Counted from the first letter of the stretch, positions 17,625 through 27,202 are shown. The stretch: DNA of 43,103 bases from Chlamydiota bacterium (GCA_013287015.1 JABDEO010000002.1:1-43103), one strand, 5' to 3'. Numbers and translations are program-made. The notes: a model not told the origin generated them from the sequence alone.

Positions 17625-19480
17625 CCTTGTTCACCCCTCTTCTTGAGTGAACGATTTCCTGGTTTATGTTCAATGTGGATCTGCTGTAAAAATTTTTTTA
17701 CAAACCGTTTATGAAGCCATGTTGAATTTTCATAATCTTCAATATTATCAAGCGTTCGGGAAATGCTTTCATGATGAACGCCCACTGCATATGGCGTGTA
17801 TAGACACAATAATCCTCTCAACGCCAATTTAATCGCCAAGTTCGTATCGCTGTATGCGATCGGATACCAGATTTCCTCAAAACCGCCTACGTTCAAGAAT
17901 ACGCTTCTCTTGACGAGCGCACAGGCGGCTGTCACTGCCTTGACAACGCGAATTCGCTTGGCTTGCCGCAGCTTCTCAAACGGCGTCAATTTTTCAACAT
18001 GTTCCCAAGTCATTCGCCACAGAGGACTAGGAGAACGCAATTCAACGCCGCCATGTTGCAACAAGCCATTTGGATAATTCAATCGGCATCCCACCATTCC
18101 AATATGAGGTTGGTCGATCCAACGGCTCATCTCTAATAGAGCGCCTTGTTCGAGGTCTACATCGTTATTTAAAAAAAGAATATAATCACAATCTTTTCCT
18201 ATTTTTGTCCGTTCTACAGCCAAATTATTCAACCGTGAGTAATTGAAGGGTTCGTCGATGCGCAGCGTTTCGACTCCAAGTCGCTCCAGCTCTTCAGCGA
18301 TTGAGCGATCTTCGCTGCGATTATCCACAGCGGTGATTTTGATATTTACGCCTTCTTGCCGCAGTGTATTTTTGATTGCGCTCAGCGTGAGTTCTTTCTG
18401 GTCCTTAAATGGCACAATTACATGAATGGCGGGAATCTGTTTTAATTGGGGAATGGCGCGGTAAGCGCTTGGCTGAAATCCCGGCTGTATTTCCCAGTTC
18501 AATTTCTTATTTTTTACGTACTCAGCCAAAGCGCGTTGGCCCGCTTCGTTGGGGGGAGGCGCATCGCCCGCTCTATGTGCATATAGATAAAACGGAACAT
18601 TATAAAAATTCGCGCCCGCCGCATCCAAACGCAAAGCGAGATCAAAGGTTTCCGTTTTTGGAAAACCGGAACGCATTCCCTTGACAACGTTCCACAACGC
18701 TTTAGGAATCAGCATGCCGTGTTGAATATCATCTCCAAGCATGTAAGGAAAATGAGGTTGTTCAGGTTTATCAAGCTGTGTATTAGGAATCGGATAGTCT
18801 CGCTCATTAATTCGGTATTCGTTGCAATACAAAACCATATTTTCGGGACGGGGCAGCAGCCGCAGCGTCTGTTCATAACGAAATAATAAATCAGGTCGAA
18901 TCCAATCGGATGGATTCATTAAAAAAAGGAAATTGCCTTTTGCATAGCTAGCCAACCGATTTGCAGCAAGCGCAAAGGCGTTATCCGAAGATCCGGAACC
19001 TGGCAACGGAAGAGTGATGAGTCGTTCCGGATGCATTTTTTTCATTGCATCAAGCGCCTTGCTGATCTCAGGCGTTTGCGAACCCGACAGCCCCACTAAA
19101 ACCTCCATATGGGGGGCTGTCTGATTAAGAACAGCCTTCAAGGCTTTTGAAAAACAAGCGGGATTTGGATTGCCAATAAGCGGCATCAAAATTGAATAGG
19201 TGAATCGATTGTCTGCAGACAACAGGGCGTGCAAACCTGACGCTGTGCGCTGCAGCTTGCATTTTTGAGGACCTTCCAAGCCTTCCAGCAAAGGAGATTG
19301 TTCCTTCAACGTCTCTGAAAAATAATCGACATATCCAAAAAACAACCGTAGATACTGCTTGCAATACTCTTTTCCAAGCCCATTCCGAAAGCCATTATAT
19401 AGATATCGAGTTGCATATACGCTATGTTTCCCGAGAACGCGTAAATGACAAAAGATTTTACTAAAAAAATTATTTTTCAT
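17621..19480 (-). CDS. Two-domain glycosyltransferase: degenerate N-terminal GT-A-like domain plus canonical C-terminal GT2 domain
   Basis: The C-terminal domain has IHVIVPFKDQKELT, DNRSEDRS and LFLNNDVDL (DxD-type), followed by GCRLNYPNGLLQHGG. First gene of the GT2-wzm-wzt-GT1 operon. Confidence 0.8.
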   Translation of the reverse strand: MKNNFFSKIFCHLRVLGKHSVYATRYLYNGFRNGLGKEYCKQYLRLFFGYVDYFSETLKEQSPLLEGLEGPQKCKLQRTASGLHALLSADNRFTYSILMPLIGNPNPACFSKALKAVLNQTAPHMEVLVGLSGSQTPEISKALDAMKKMHPERLITLPLPGSGSSDNAFALAANRLASYAKGNFLFLMNPSDWIRPDLLFRYEQTLRLLPRPENMVLYCNEYRINERDYPIPNTQLDKPEQPHFPYMLGDDIQHGMLIPKALWNVVKGMRSGFPKTETFDLALRLDAAGANFYNVPFYLYAHRAGDAPPPNEAGQRALAEYVKNKKLNWEIQPGFQPSAYRAIPQLKQIPAIHVIVPFKDQKELTLSAIKNTLRQEGVNIKITAVDNRSEDRSIAEELERLGVETLRIDEPFNYSRLNNLAVERTKIGKDCDYILFLNNDVDLEQGALLEMSRWIDQPHIGMVGCRLNYPNGLLQHGGVELRSPSPLWRMTWEHVEKLTPFEKLRQAKRIRVVKAVTAACALVKRSVFLNVGGFEEIWYPIAYSDTNLAIKLALRGLLCLYTPYAVGVHHESISRTLDNIEDYENSTWLHKRFVKKFLQQIHIEHKPGNRSLKKRGEQG

Positions 19481-19553
19481 ATTTCTTTGATCAATTTTCT
19501 TGTTTGAGTCATATTAACTCAAACCATGGAATTCAGAATACAGAATTTAGCGT

Positions 19554-19620
19554 TTTTGGAGTCAGGCCTGACACTATGGCGCTTTTAAAAGCGTTATAGT
19601 ATCAGGCCTGACCCCAAAAA
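19554..19620. repeat. 67-bp palindrome carrying two GTCAGGCCTGAC-type cassettes
   Basis: TTTTTGGAGTCAGGCCTGACACTATGGCGCTTTT|AAAAGCGTTATAGTATCAGGCCTGACCCCAAAAA, immediately downstream of the histidine kinase stop codon. Confidence 0.95.
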
Positions 19621-19626
19621 TAAGCG

Positions 19627-22050
19627 TCAAGTCTGACCCAAATGCAGGCAGCTTTGAAGTTTTCGAATGAGCTCAATGCGCGTCACCGGTTTAATGATGA
19701 TATCATTGCAACCCACTTCAAAGCATTGCTTTTTTTCTTTCTCCGTTGCATAGGCCGTCAAGGCGATAATAATTCCTTTATACCCATCGGCGCGCAATTT
19801 TTTTACCGCTTCGAATCCATTAAGCTCAGGCATTTGAATATCCATTAAAATAAGGTCAAAAGGTTTACTGGGTTCATTTAATGATGCGATGGCTTTCTGA
19901 TAGGCGACTTTGCCATTTTCCGCAGATTCAACAACAGCGCCGGCGCTCGAAAGATAAAAAACAATGAGACGCATAATATCCATGTCGTCCTCCGCTAAAA
20001 GAATATGGGCTTGAATATTATCGTCGCCTTCTTCTTCATCCTTTTGCGTCTCTCGTTTTTGAACAATGGGTTCTATCGATATAGGTCCTCCAGGAATTGA
20101 CAGAGTGAATACGCTTCCTTTCCCCAGTTTGCTGGAACACGTGAGTTGTCCTCCTAACGCCTCTGCAAGCTGCTTGGAAATCATTAACCCTAATCCTGCG
20201 CCTTTTGGATCGCTTAAAACAGGGTTGTTGGCTTGATAATAAGGCTTAAACAAATTGGAAAGCTGCGCTTGAGTCATGCCAATTCCCGTATCAGTCACTT
20301 CAAATTGAATAAAGAAATTAGCCTTGTTCATATCAAACATTGTTACAATAATGCCTATTTTTCCCGATTTTGTGAATTTGATGGCGTTGCTTACAAGATT
20401 CATTAAAATCTGCGTGAGTCTGCGTGGATCCGTTTTCATTGTCGTAGAGATCATATTGACAAACGTCACTTCCAACTTAAGATTCTTTTCCTCCGTTTTT
20501 GGTCGAAAAAGAGTCAACACTTCATGCATAATCGCTTGAACGGAACAAGAAATTCGGTCGACATGTTGCCTTGCATCTAATTCCTCAAAATCTAAAACAT
20601 CGCTAATAATATCCAGCAATAAGCGTCCATTGCGCTGCACTATTGCGAGATACTCTAAACGTGTATCAAGAGTTATTTTCGGAGACAACGCCAAATCACA
20701 GTACCCCAGCATCGCAGTCAGCGGAGTCCTTATTTCATGGCTCATGCAAGATAAAAACTCGCTTTTTGCTTTAGAAGCTTTTTCAGCTAAATCTCTTGCT
20801 TGATTTACAGAATTTTCAAGCCGTCTTCTCTCTGTGATGTCTTGAACAACGCTTATAAAAAAACGTTCGCCATCGACCGTCCAAGCATAAAGCGAAATCT
20901 CCATAGGAAATTCCAAACCATCGCTTTTTAGGCCTTTCAATCGCTCTGTTCGATCGATATAATGAATCTTTTCAACCTCTAAATATCGCTCTATCTCAGA
21001 CTGATATTCATCACGATATTTTTTCGCTAAGATCATTGTAAACGGTCTTCCTAACGCCGCTTTCTCTGCGTATCCAAAGATTCTTTGCGCGGCATTGTTC
21101 CATCCAATGATTTTTTTTTGATTGTCCGCCAAAATGATGGCGTCATGATTTTCATAAATAAAGGTCTCCCAACGATGCTTCAAATCCAATGCGATTCGCT
21201 GCTCTCGTCTGGCTGATTGACCCATAAAAATCGCAACCATGCTCAATATTGAGCCGCAGAGTCCGAACACCAATACGGTCAGAGCGATCGGCGACTGCTG
21301 AACCTCGATTCTTTCGCGCTGATAAATCTCAAGAGCTTGATAGAATCCAAGCGTTGATACAAGAGCGATAATGCCGACGGGAATGACAAGCCATTTCTTG
21401 AACATTCCACGTTTTTCATCCTCAAACATCCAGGCCGATGTGAAAATACCGCTCCCACCTATAATAAGCGCCAAAGCGGCGTGCAGAGCGATAGGCGATG
21501 AATGGCGCCAGTGAAACGCCGGAGTGACCTGAGTGATAAAGCCGAGCAGGCTGATTATTCCAAAAGCGATAGCGACAGAAGCGATCACAGCGCTCGTCAA
21601 ACACTGCAGTCTGAATGAAGGGCGCCAGCATAAAATAAAAACAGAAATGCAATACAAGATAAAGGAAACAGCGGTATTGATCGACATATGCGTTGCATAG
21701 CGGCGCGCAAATTCTTTTGATGCGGCCGTGAACAAGCTATCTACATCCAACTGCATTTCGAAAAAATCATTCGCCTGGGCGATGGCGACAATCAGTAGAA
21801 TGGTCCCGGCGCAAACTATCGCTATAGAACGCTTGTTGTAGGCAAGAGCGAATAGAGCGCAACCATAAATAATAAGCATGAAAGCGGTATTGGCGTTCAT
21901 AACCGGGAAACCATACGCCATCCGCAGCAAAATCGGAATCTCTGCATACAATCCCACAAAGGTCAATCCGCCCGTTAAAATGCAGATAAAACCGCAAAAC
22001 ACAACCCAAGCCTTAAGCAAACAACGCGAGTTCGATTGAATATTCAACAT
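19627..22050 (-). CDS. Hybrid sensor histidine kinase / response regulator (polytopic N-terminal sensor, PAS, HisKA, HATPase_c, REC)
   Basis: About 8 N-terminal TM segments, a PAS-like block (DAIILADNQKKIIGWNNAAQRIFGY), H-box SHEIRTPLTAMLGY, G-boxes DTGIGM and GAGLGL, and a receiver domain with LILMDIQMPELNG. Confidence 0.9.
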   Translation of the reverse strand: MLNIQSNSRCLLKAWVVFCGFICILTGGLTFVGLYAEIPILLRMAYGFPVMNANTAFMLIIYGCALFALAYNKRSIAIVCAGTILLIVAIAQANDFFEMQLDVDSLFTAASKEFARRYATHMSINTAVSFILYCISVFILCWRPSFRLQCLTSAVIASVAIAFGIISLLGFITQVTPAFHWRHSSPIALHAALALIIGGSGIFTSAWMFEDEKRGMFKKWLVIPVGIIALVSTLGFYQALEIYQRERIEVQQSPIALTVLVFGLCGSILSMVAIFMGQSARREQRIALDLKHRWETFIYENHDAIILADNQKKIIGWNNAAQRIFGYAEKAALGRPFTMILAKKYRDEYQSEIERYLEVEKIHYIDRTERLKGLKSDGLEFPMEISLYAWTVDGERFFISVVQDITERRRLENSVNQARDLAEKASKAKSEFLSCMSHEIRTPLTAMLGYCDLALSPKITLDTRLEYLAIVQRNGRLLLDIISDVLDFEELDARQHVDRISCSVQAIMHEVLTLFRPKTEEKNLKLEVTFVNMISTTMKTDPRRLTQILMNLVSNAIKFTKSGKIGIIVTMFDMNKANFFIQFEVTDTGIGMTQAQLSNLFKPYYQANNPVLSDPKGAGLGLMISKQLAEALGGQLTCSSKLGKGSVFTLSIPGGPISIEPIVQKRETQKDEEEGDDNIQAHILLAEDDMDIMRLIVFYLSSAGAVVESAENGKVAYQKAIASLNEPSKPFDLILMDIQMPELNGFEAVKKLRADGYKGIIIALTAYATEKEKKQCFEVGCNDIIIKPVTRIELIRKLQSCLHLGQT

Positions 22051-22188
22051 AAGTATACCTAAATTTTTACATTACATCATTTTCAAAAAATAACCAATTG
22101 CTAACCATCAGACCCTCTATTTTTCATGTTTTTAGTGATTGAATATTAAGAAAATTTGCACTAACCTATTCTTATATGAGGAAGTATT

Positions 22189-23880
22189 ATGTTTCGTTTT
22201 TTTGAACAATTGAAATTGCGCGACTATGAGCCCATGACGGTTACGTGCTTGCGCGAAGGGTATACGCGCGAACGCTTTCTGCAGGATCTCTTTGCCGGAG
22301 TCAGCGTAGGCGTCATTGCGCTTCCCCTCGCTTTGGCGTTCGCCATTGGCTCGGGCGTCGCCCCGGAACAAGGCCTTTTTACTGCAATTATAGCAGGTTT
22401 TTTGATCTCTTTGCTCGGAGGCAGCCGCGTCCAAATTGGGGGTCCAACCGGAGCCTATGTCATCATTGTTTATGCGGTTATCCAACGACATGGCTATGAT
22501 GGACTGGCGGTGGCGACGCTGATTGCGGGCGTGATGATGGCCTTAATGGGATTGGCGCGTCTCGGCGTTTTGCTGAAATTCGTTCCTTATCCCGTTACAA
22601 CCGGATTCACTACAGGCATTGCATTAGTGATTTTCAGCTCGCAAATCAAAGATTTCTTTGGATTGCAAATTGAACATCTCTCTCCGAAATTTTGGGAAAA
22701 ATGTCAGCATTATTGCCTCTATGCCAACACATGGAATCCGTGGGCTGCTCTCATTTCCGTAGCGACGCTGACTTCTATTTTCGCATTGCGCCGCTATTAT
22801 CCTAAATTTCCCGGAGTCATTTCCGCCATCGCCGGCGCGACTTTGTTAACTTACCTTTTCGATATCCCTTTGGAAACAATTGAAGATAAGTTTGGCCAGA
22901 TCCCGAGAACCCTTCCCATGCCCTCATGGCCGACCACCTCTTGGAAACAGATTCAAGATGTTTTTCCCGATGCGATCACCATCGCGCTGCTTGGAGCCAT
23001 TGAGTCGCTGTTATCCGCTGTCGTAGCCGATGGCGCCACAGGGCATCGCCATCGATCCAATTGCGAATTATTGGCGCAAGGTTTGGCTAATATCGGGTCG
23101 GTGATATTCAAAGGCATTCCGGCCACCGGAGCCATTGCACGCACTTCAGCGAACATTCGCATGGGGGCCTCCTCTCCTTTCGCCGGAATGATCCACGCCG
23201 TTACATTGTTGTTATTGATGCTTTTTCTTGCTCCGCTTGCCTCGCAAATTCCTCTCTGCGCGCTTTCAGCGGTTCTAGTCTTTATCGCCTGGAACATGAG
23301 CGAATTGCCTCATTTTTATAACGTTCTTAAAGGACAGCGCAGCGACGCCATTGTTCTTGTCATTACTTTTTTATTGACAGTTCTCATCGATCTAGCTGTT
23401 GCGGTTCAAATTGGCGTTGTGTTGGCCGCCGTGTTGTTTCTTAAACGCATGACCGATTCCACAACCGTGCAAGTCTGCAAAACACTTATTGAAGAAAACG
23501 CCCATGAATCCCCGGAAAAGCATGATTCTGAAATCTTGCTGCGGCGCGATGTCCCGCACGATGTCGCCGTTTTTGAAATCAAAGGACCTTTTTTCTACAG
23601 CATTGCCGATCAGTTGGATGAAGCTCTGTCTCAATTGAATCCTCAGCCGCGAATCTTTATTCTGCGCATGCGCAGCGTTCCTTTGGTGGACTCCACCGGT
23701 TTGCATGCTCTGCAGAAATTCACTTTAAAGTGCCGTCAAAAAGGGATCGTCTTTATGGTTTCGGGAACTCGTCCAGAAATTTTGGATCTGTTCCATCAAA
23801 ACAAGCTTGACGCTCTGATCGGTCGCGAGCACATCTTCCCGCACATTAACGACGCTCTTGCCTACGCCCGAAATTTATGA
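22189..23880 (+). CDS. SulP-family inorganic anion transporter with C-terminal STAS domain
   Basis: 563 aa. SulP N-terminal block (DLFAGVSVGVIALPLALAFAIGSGVAPEQGLFTAIIAGF), multiple TM segments and a C-terminal STAS-like region (FILRMRSVPLVDSTGLHAL). Confidence 0.9.
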   Translation: MFRFFEQLKLRDYEPMTVTCLREGYTRERFLQDLFAGVSVGVIALPLALAFAIGSGVAPEQGLFTAIIAGFLISLLGGSRVQIGGPTGAYVIIVYAVIQRHGYDGLAVATLIAGVMMALMGLARLGVLLKFVPYPVTTGFTTGIALVIFSSQIKDFFGLQIEHLSPKFWEKCQHYCLYANTWNPWAALISVATLTSIFALRRYYPKFPGVISAIAGATLLTYLFDIPLETIEDKFGQIPRTLPMPSWPTTSWKQIQDVFPDAITIALLGAIESLLSAVVADGATGHRHRSNCELLAQGLANIGSVIFKGIPATGAIARTSANIRMGASSPFAGMIHAVTLLLLMLFLAPLASQIPLCALSAVLVFIAWNMSELPHFYNVLKGQRSDAIVLVITFLLTVLIDLAVAVQIGVVLAAVLFLKRMTDSTTVQVCKTLIEENAHESPEKHDSEILLRRDVPHDVAVFEIKGPFFYSIADQLDEALSQLNPQPRIFILRMRSVPLVDSTGLHALQKFTLKCRQKGIVFMVSGTRPEILDLFHQNKLDALIGREHIFPHINDALAYARNL

Positions 23881-23883
23881 CAA

Positions 23884-24072
23884 CTTGTAGCGTAGACTTC
23901 AGTCTGCGCTTGTTTGCGCAGGTTTTAACCTGCGCTTGTTTTTGCGGGTTTTAACCCGCAAGTCACACTTGCGAAAAAGGCTGAAGCGTACTTTTTGCGG
24001 GTTGAAACCCGCAAAAACAAACGCAGGTTAAAACCTGCGTAAACAAGCGCAGACTGAAGTCTACGCTACAAG
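23884..24072. repeat. 189-bp palindrome whose 78-bp arms each contain two internal hairpins (branched or cruciform potential)
   Basis: CTTGTAGCGTAGACTTCAGTCTGCGCTTGTTTGCGCAGGTTTTAACCTGCGCTTGTTTTTGCGGGTTTTAACCCGCAA (23884-23961) pairs with 23995-24072. Sub-hairpins are GCGCAGGTTTTAACCTGCGC and TGCGGGTTTTAACCCGCA. Confidence 0.95.
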
Positions 24073-24122
24073 CGCATCCCCCTATGCTATGCAATAAAGA
24101 GGCTTTCTGATATGTTGGCGCC

Positions 24123-25409
24123 ATGAACCGAAAACAGCTATTTATAAATTCATTATTGGGATTCCTCTTTTTATGCGGATCCATATACACCGCTGAAGAA
24201 GCGCGTGAGTACGAAGCTTCTCAAACCTTAGAAGAAGAAATCGCGCAGGCTCCGAAACCTTCGGACGTCGAAGAAAAAAAAATTGAATCCTTTTATGATA
24301 AAAAGTTTTGGTTCAAAGTTCCACAAGAGATGCTTTGCATCGGCGGGTCTGTGCAATGCGATGCACGCTTCTTCACTTCAGCTGACAACGGCGATTCCAC
24401 TTTTCTCGTGCGCCGCGCGCGACTCTATGTGACAGGCGTTCTTCATGATCTATTCGGGTACATTATCATGGGAGCTTGGGACAGGCAGCGCACCCCCTTT
24501 TTAGCTTATGCGTGGGTTGAAACCTTAACGCCCGCATATCTTCGTTTCCGCATCGGACTATTCACAGAACCTTTTAGCTTGGAAGCCCTTTACTCGAACC
24601 TGTACTTGAATTTTAATGAACGCAGCCTGGTTATAGACAACTACCTTCAACAAGAAGACATCGGCGCCATGTTCTTCGGAAAGGTTCTTGAAGGCCGATT
24701 TGAATACGGCCTCGGCATTTTCAATGGAAGAGGCAGCCATCTCTTGGACAATAATCAAAGCAAGGAAGCGGTAGGCCGCATTGTTGTCATGCCATTCAAT
24801 AAATGTCCATTCGAGAAGTTGTATTTAGGCGTCGCCGGTTCCAGCGGCAAACAGGATGAAGACCTTACAGGAAGAGTCTTTGCTACACACGACGGAACCA
24901 TTTTTTGGCGATGGACTGATGGAACAATGGTTAATGCCCGTCGGGCGCGTTGGGGAGCCGATATCGAATGGCTATACGGCCCTTGTGGAATACGCACCGA
25001 ATGGCTGCATGTTGACTGGGGCGATGTAAAAAATGGTCCAACCTCAAGGCGTTTTACCGGCTATGGATGGTATGCAGAGGGTTCCTATTTGCTCACAGGC
25101 GAAGATAAACCACGCAACGCTCCAGTCTTTCCAAAACACAATTTCGATTTAAAGGGCGGATATGGAGCCTGGGAGATCGCTGGACGATATGAAGTTTTTG
25201 AAGCTTCCCATGCGGTTCTGGAAGCGGGACTCGCTACGGGAACAAACTATGTCAGCGGTTTCACTCTTGGATTGAATTGGTATTGCAATCCACTAGTCGT
25301 TGTAAAGCTCGATTGGGAATCGTTGAATTTTCGTCAGAGCGTTCTCGTCAACTCGCATTCTATTAAACGTGATTCCGTCATCTCGTTGCGCGTGCAAGCC
25401 GAGTTTTAA
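24123..25409 (+). CDS. Phosphate/anion-selective porin, OprO/OprP (Porin_O_P) family
   Basis: Signal peptide (LLGFLFLCGSIYTAEEA), a family-like block (FLVRRARLYVTGVL), alternating aromatic beta-strand pattern and a C-terminal Phe (RVQAEF). Confidence 0.7.
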   Translation: MNRKQLFINSLLGFLFLCGSIYTAEEAREYEASQTLEEEIAQAPKPSDVEEKKIESFYDKKFWFKVPQEMLCIGGSVQCDARFFTSADNGDSTFLVRRARLYVTGVLHDLFGYIIMGAWDRQRTPFLAYAWVETLTPAYLRFRIGLFTEPFSLEALYSNLYLNFNERSLVIDNYLQQEDIGAMFFGKVLEGRFEYGLGIFNGRGSHLLDNNQSKEAVGRIVVMPFNKCPFEKLYLGVAGSSGKQDEDLTGRVFATHDGTIFWRWTDGTMVNARRARWGADIEWLYGPCGIRTEWLHVDWGDVKNGPTSRRFTGYGWYAEGSYLLTGEDKPRNAPVFPKHNFDLKGGYGAWEIAGRYEVFEASHAVLEAGLATGTNYVSGFTLGLNWYCNPLVVVKLDWESLNFRQSVLVNSHSIKRDSVISLRVQAEF

Positions 25410-25422
25410 AAAATTAAGATGG

Positions 25423-26796
25423 ATGCATATGAACAATATTGTGCGCATCGGAAACGCTCAAGGCTTTTGGGGCGACAGCCCTGGAGCGGCCGCTCGCTTG
25501 GCCCAGCAACAACCCGATTTGGACTACCTTACCCTAGATTATCTTGCAGAACTCTCCCTATCCATCATGGCCATCCAGCGGGAAAAAGATCCATCAATGG
25601 GTTATGCTCGCGATTTTGTTGAAGTCGTTCGTTCTTTGACGCCCTTATGGAAAAAAGGATCTCAATTAAAAATCGTGACGAATGCAGGAGGATTGAATCC
25701 ATTAGCCTGCGCCCAAGCTTGTCAGCGGCTGCTTCAACAAGAGCGACTTCCTCAAATCCGCATTGGCGTCGTCTCGGGAGATGATCTCCTTTCCCTGATG
25801 AAAACAAACCCGCAAAATCACTCTTTCGAAAATCTGGAAACCCATGAATCTTTGATCGCCATTCAAGAAAAACTCGTGACTGCAAATGCATATTTGGGCG
25901 CAAAGCCCATTGTACAAGCTCTCTCCATGGGAGCGCATATTGTCATCACAGGCCGCACAGCGGATCCCAGTCTGACTGTCGCACCTTGCGCAGCTCATTT
26001 CAATTGGTCGTTGGATGACGACTATGATCGCCTAGCCGGAGCCACCATTGCAGGCCATCTCATTGAATGCGGGACGCAGGTGACAGGCGGCATCTCCACC
26101 GATTGGCTGCAAATGCCGGATCCTGCCCATTTGGGTTTTCCAATAGTTGAAGTCGACGCAAACGGCGATTGCGTCATCACGAAGCCGCTTAACACTGGCG
26201 GAAAAGTCACAATCAACACCGTCAAGGAACAGCTGCTATATGAGGTCGGCGACCCCGACCACTATCTTAGTCCCGATGCAACAGTTTCTTTCCTATCCTT
26301 AACGCTCAAGGAAGTAGGCGAAAATCGCATTCATATCTCCGGAGCTAAAGGAAATCCCCCTCCTCCCTCGTATAAAGTCAGCGCCACCTACCGCGACGGC
26401 TTCAAGGCGGAAGCCTATCTCGCCATATTCGGCGTGGACGCTCAAACAAAAGCGCGTCGTTGCGGAGAAATCATTCTACAGCGCGTACGTGAAGCCGGAT
26501 ATGATCTCCAACGCACAATCATTGAATGTCTGGGCGCCGGAGCCATCGCGCCGGGCGTAGTATCCAGCGCGCCTTCCATGGAATGCGTGCTGCGCATCGC
26601 TGCGGCGGATTCACGTCAGGAGGCGCTGGATTGTTTTGCAAAAGAGATCGCTCCAATGGTGACAAGCGGTCCCCAGGGTGTTTCAGGATATTCATCAGGG
26701 AGGCCTCATATCCGTCCCGTTTTTGGCTATTGGCCCTGTTTAGTCGCCAGAGATCAAATTTCACCTATTGTGCAGATATTGGAGGCTTCCCGATGA
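25423..26796 (+). CDS. AtuA-like protein (DUF1446, acyclic terpene utilisation family)
   Basis: N-terminal signature MNNIVRIGNAQGFWGDSPGAAARL...LDYLTLDYLAELSLSIM...GYARDF, typical of DUF1446. ATGs at 25423 and 25429, just after the porin stop at 25409; the track ORF start at 25369 overlaps the porin gene. Confidence 0.85.
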   Translation: MHMNNIVRIGNAQGFWGDSPGAAARLAQQQPDLDYLTLDYLAELSLSIMAIQREKDPSMGYARDFVEVVRSLTPLWKKGSQLKIVTNAGGLNPLACAQACQRLLQQERLPQIRIGVVSGDDLLSLMKTNPQNHSFENLETHESLIAIQEKLVTANAYLGAKPIVQALSMGAHIVITGRTADPSLTVAPCAAHFNWSLDDDYDRLAGATIAGHLIECGTQVTGGISTDWLQMPDPAHLGFPIVEVDANGDCVITKPLNTGGKVTINTVKEQLLYEVGDPDHYLSPDATVSFLSLTLKEVGENRIHISGAKGNPPPPSYKVSATYRDGFKAEAYLAIFGVDAQTKARRCGEIILQRVREAGYDLQRTIIECLGAGAIAPGVVSSAPSMECVLRIAAADSRQEALDCFAKEIAPMVTSGPQGVSGYSSGRPHIRPVFGYWPCLVARDQISPIVQILEASR

Positions 26797-27149
26797 CATT
26801 CAGCATTGTTCCACTGCGAACCATCGCCTATGCCCGCAGCGGCGACAAAGGCGACAGCGCCAATATTGGCGTCATTGCCTACAATGCGGCGGGTTACGCC
26901 TTCTTACGAGAATATCTTTCCGCTGATAAGGTGAATGCTTATTTCAAACCCCTAGGGGTGACTTCGACCATCCGATATGAGCTGGCCAACTTGGAAGCGT
27001 TGAATTTCGTTCTTAATCATGTACTGGCGGGCGGAGGAAGCCGTTCCCTGCGCACCGACTCTCAAGGTAAGGCGCTAGGACAAGCGATTCTTGAAATGCC
27101 CATTGAAATTGAAGATTCCATATTAAAACAAGCTCGACGCTCTTATTAG
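26793..27149 (+). CDS. Small AtuA-partner protein (AtuA-like ferredoxin-fold domain family)
   Basis: MTFSIVPLRTIAYARSGDKGDSANIGV... with the conserved RSGDKGD and LRTDSQGKALG blocks. GGAGG Shine-Dalgarno at 26781. The ATG overlaps the upstream TGA (ATGA). The part of the track ORF upstream of 26793 is an out-of-context extension. Confidence 0.8.
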   Translation: MTFSIVPLRTIAYARSGDKGDSANIGVIAYNAAGYAFLREYLSADKVNAYFKPLGVTSTIRYELANLEALNFVLNHVLAGGGSRSLRTDSQGKALGQAILEMPIEIEDSILKQARRSY

Positions 27150-27202
27150 TTATGAGCATATCTTTCCAGACGACGCCCTTGCCTACGCCCGAAGTTGTTG
27201 AA

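Noticed and set aside
26526-26792. N-terminal 89-aa extension of the AtuA-partner ORF
   Set aside because: It overlaps the end of the DUF1446 gene in another frame and has an Arg/Gly-rich nonsense-like sequence. The family-typical sequence begins at the ATG at 26793, which has a GGAGG Shine-Dalgarno and an ATGA stop-start overlap.
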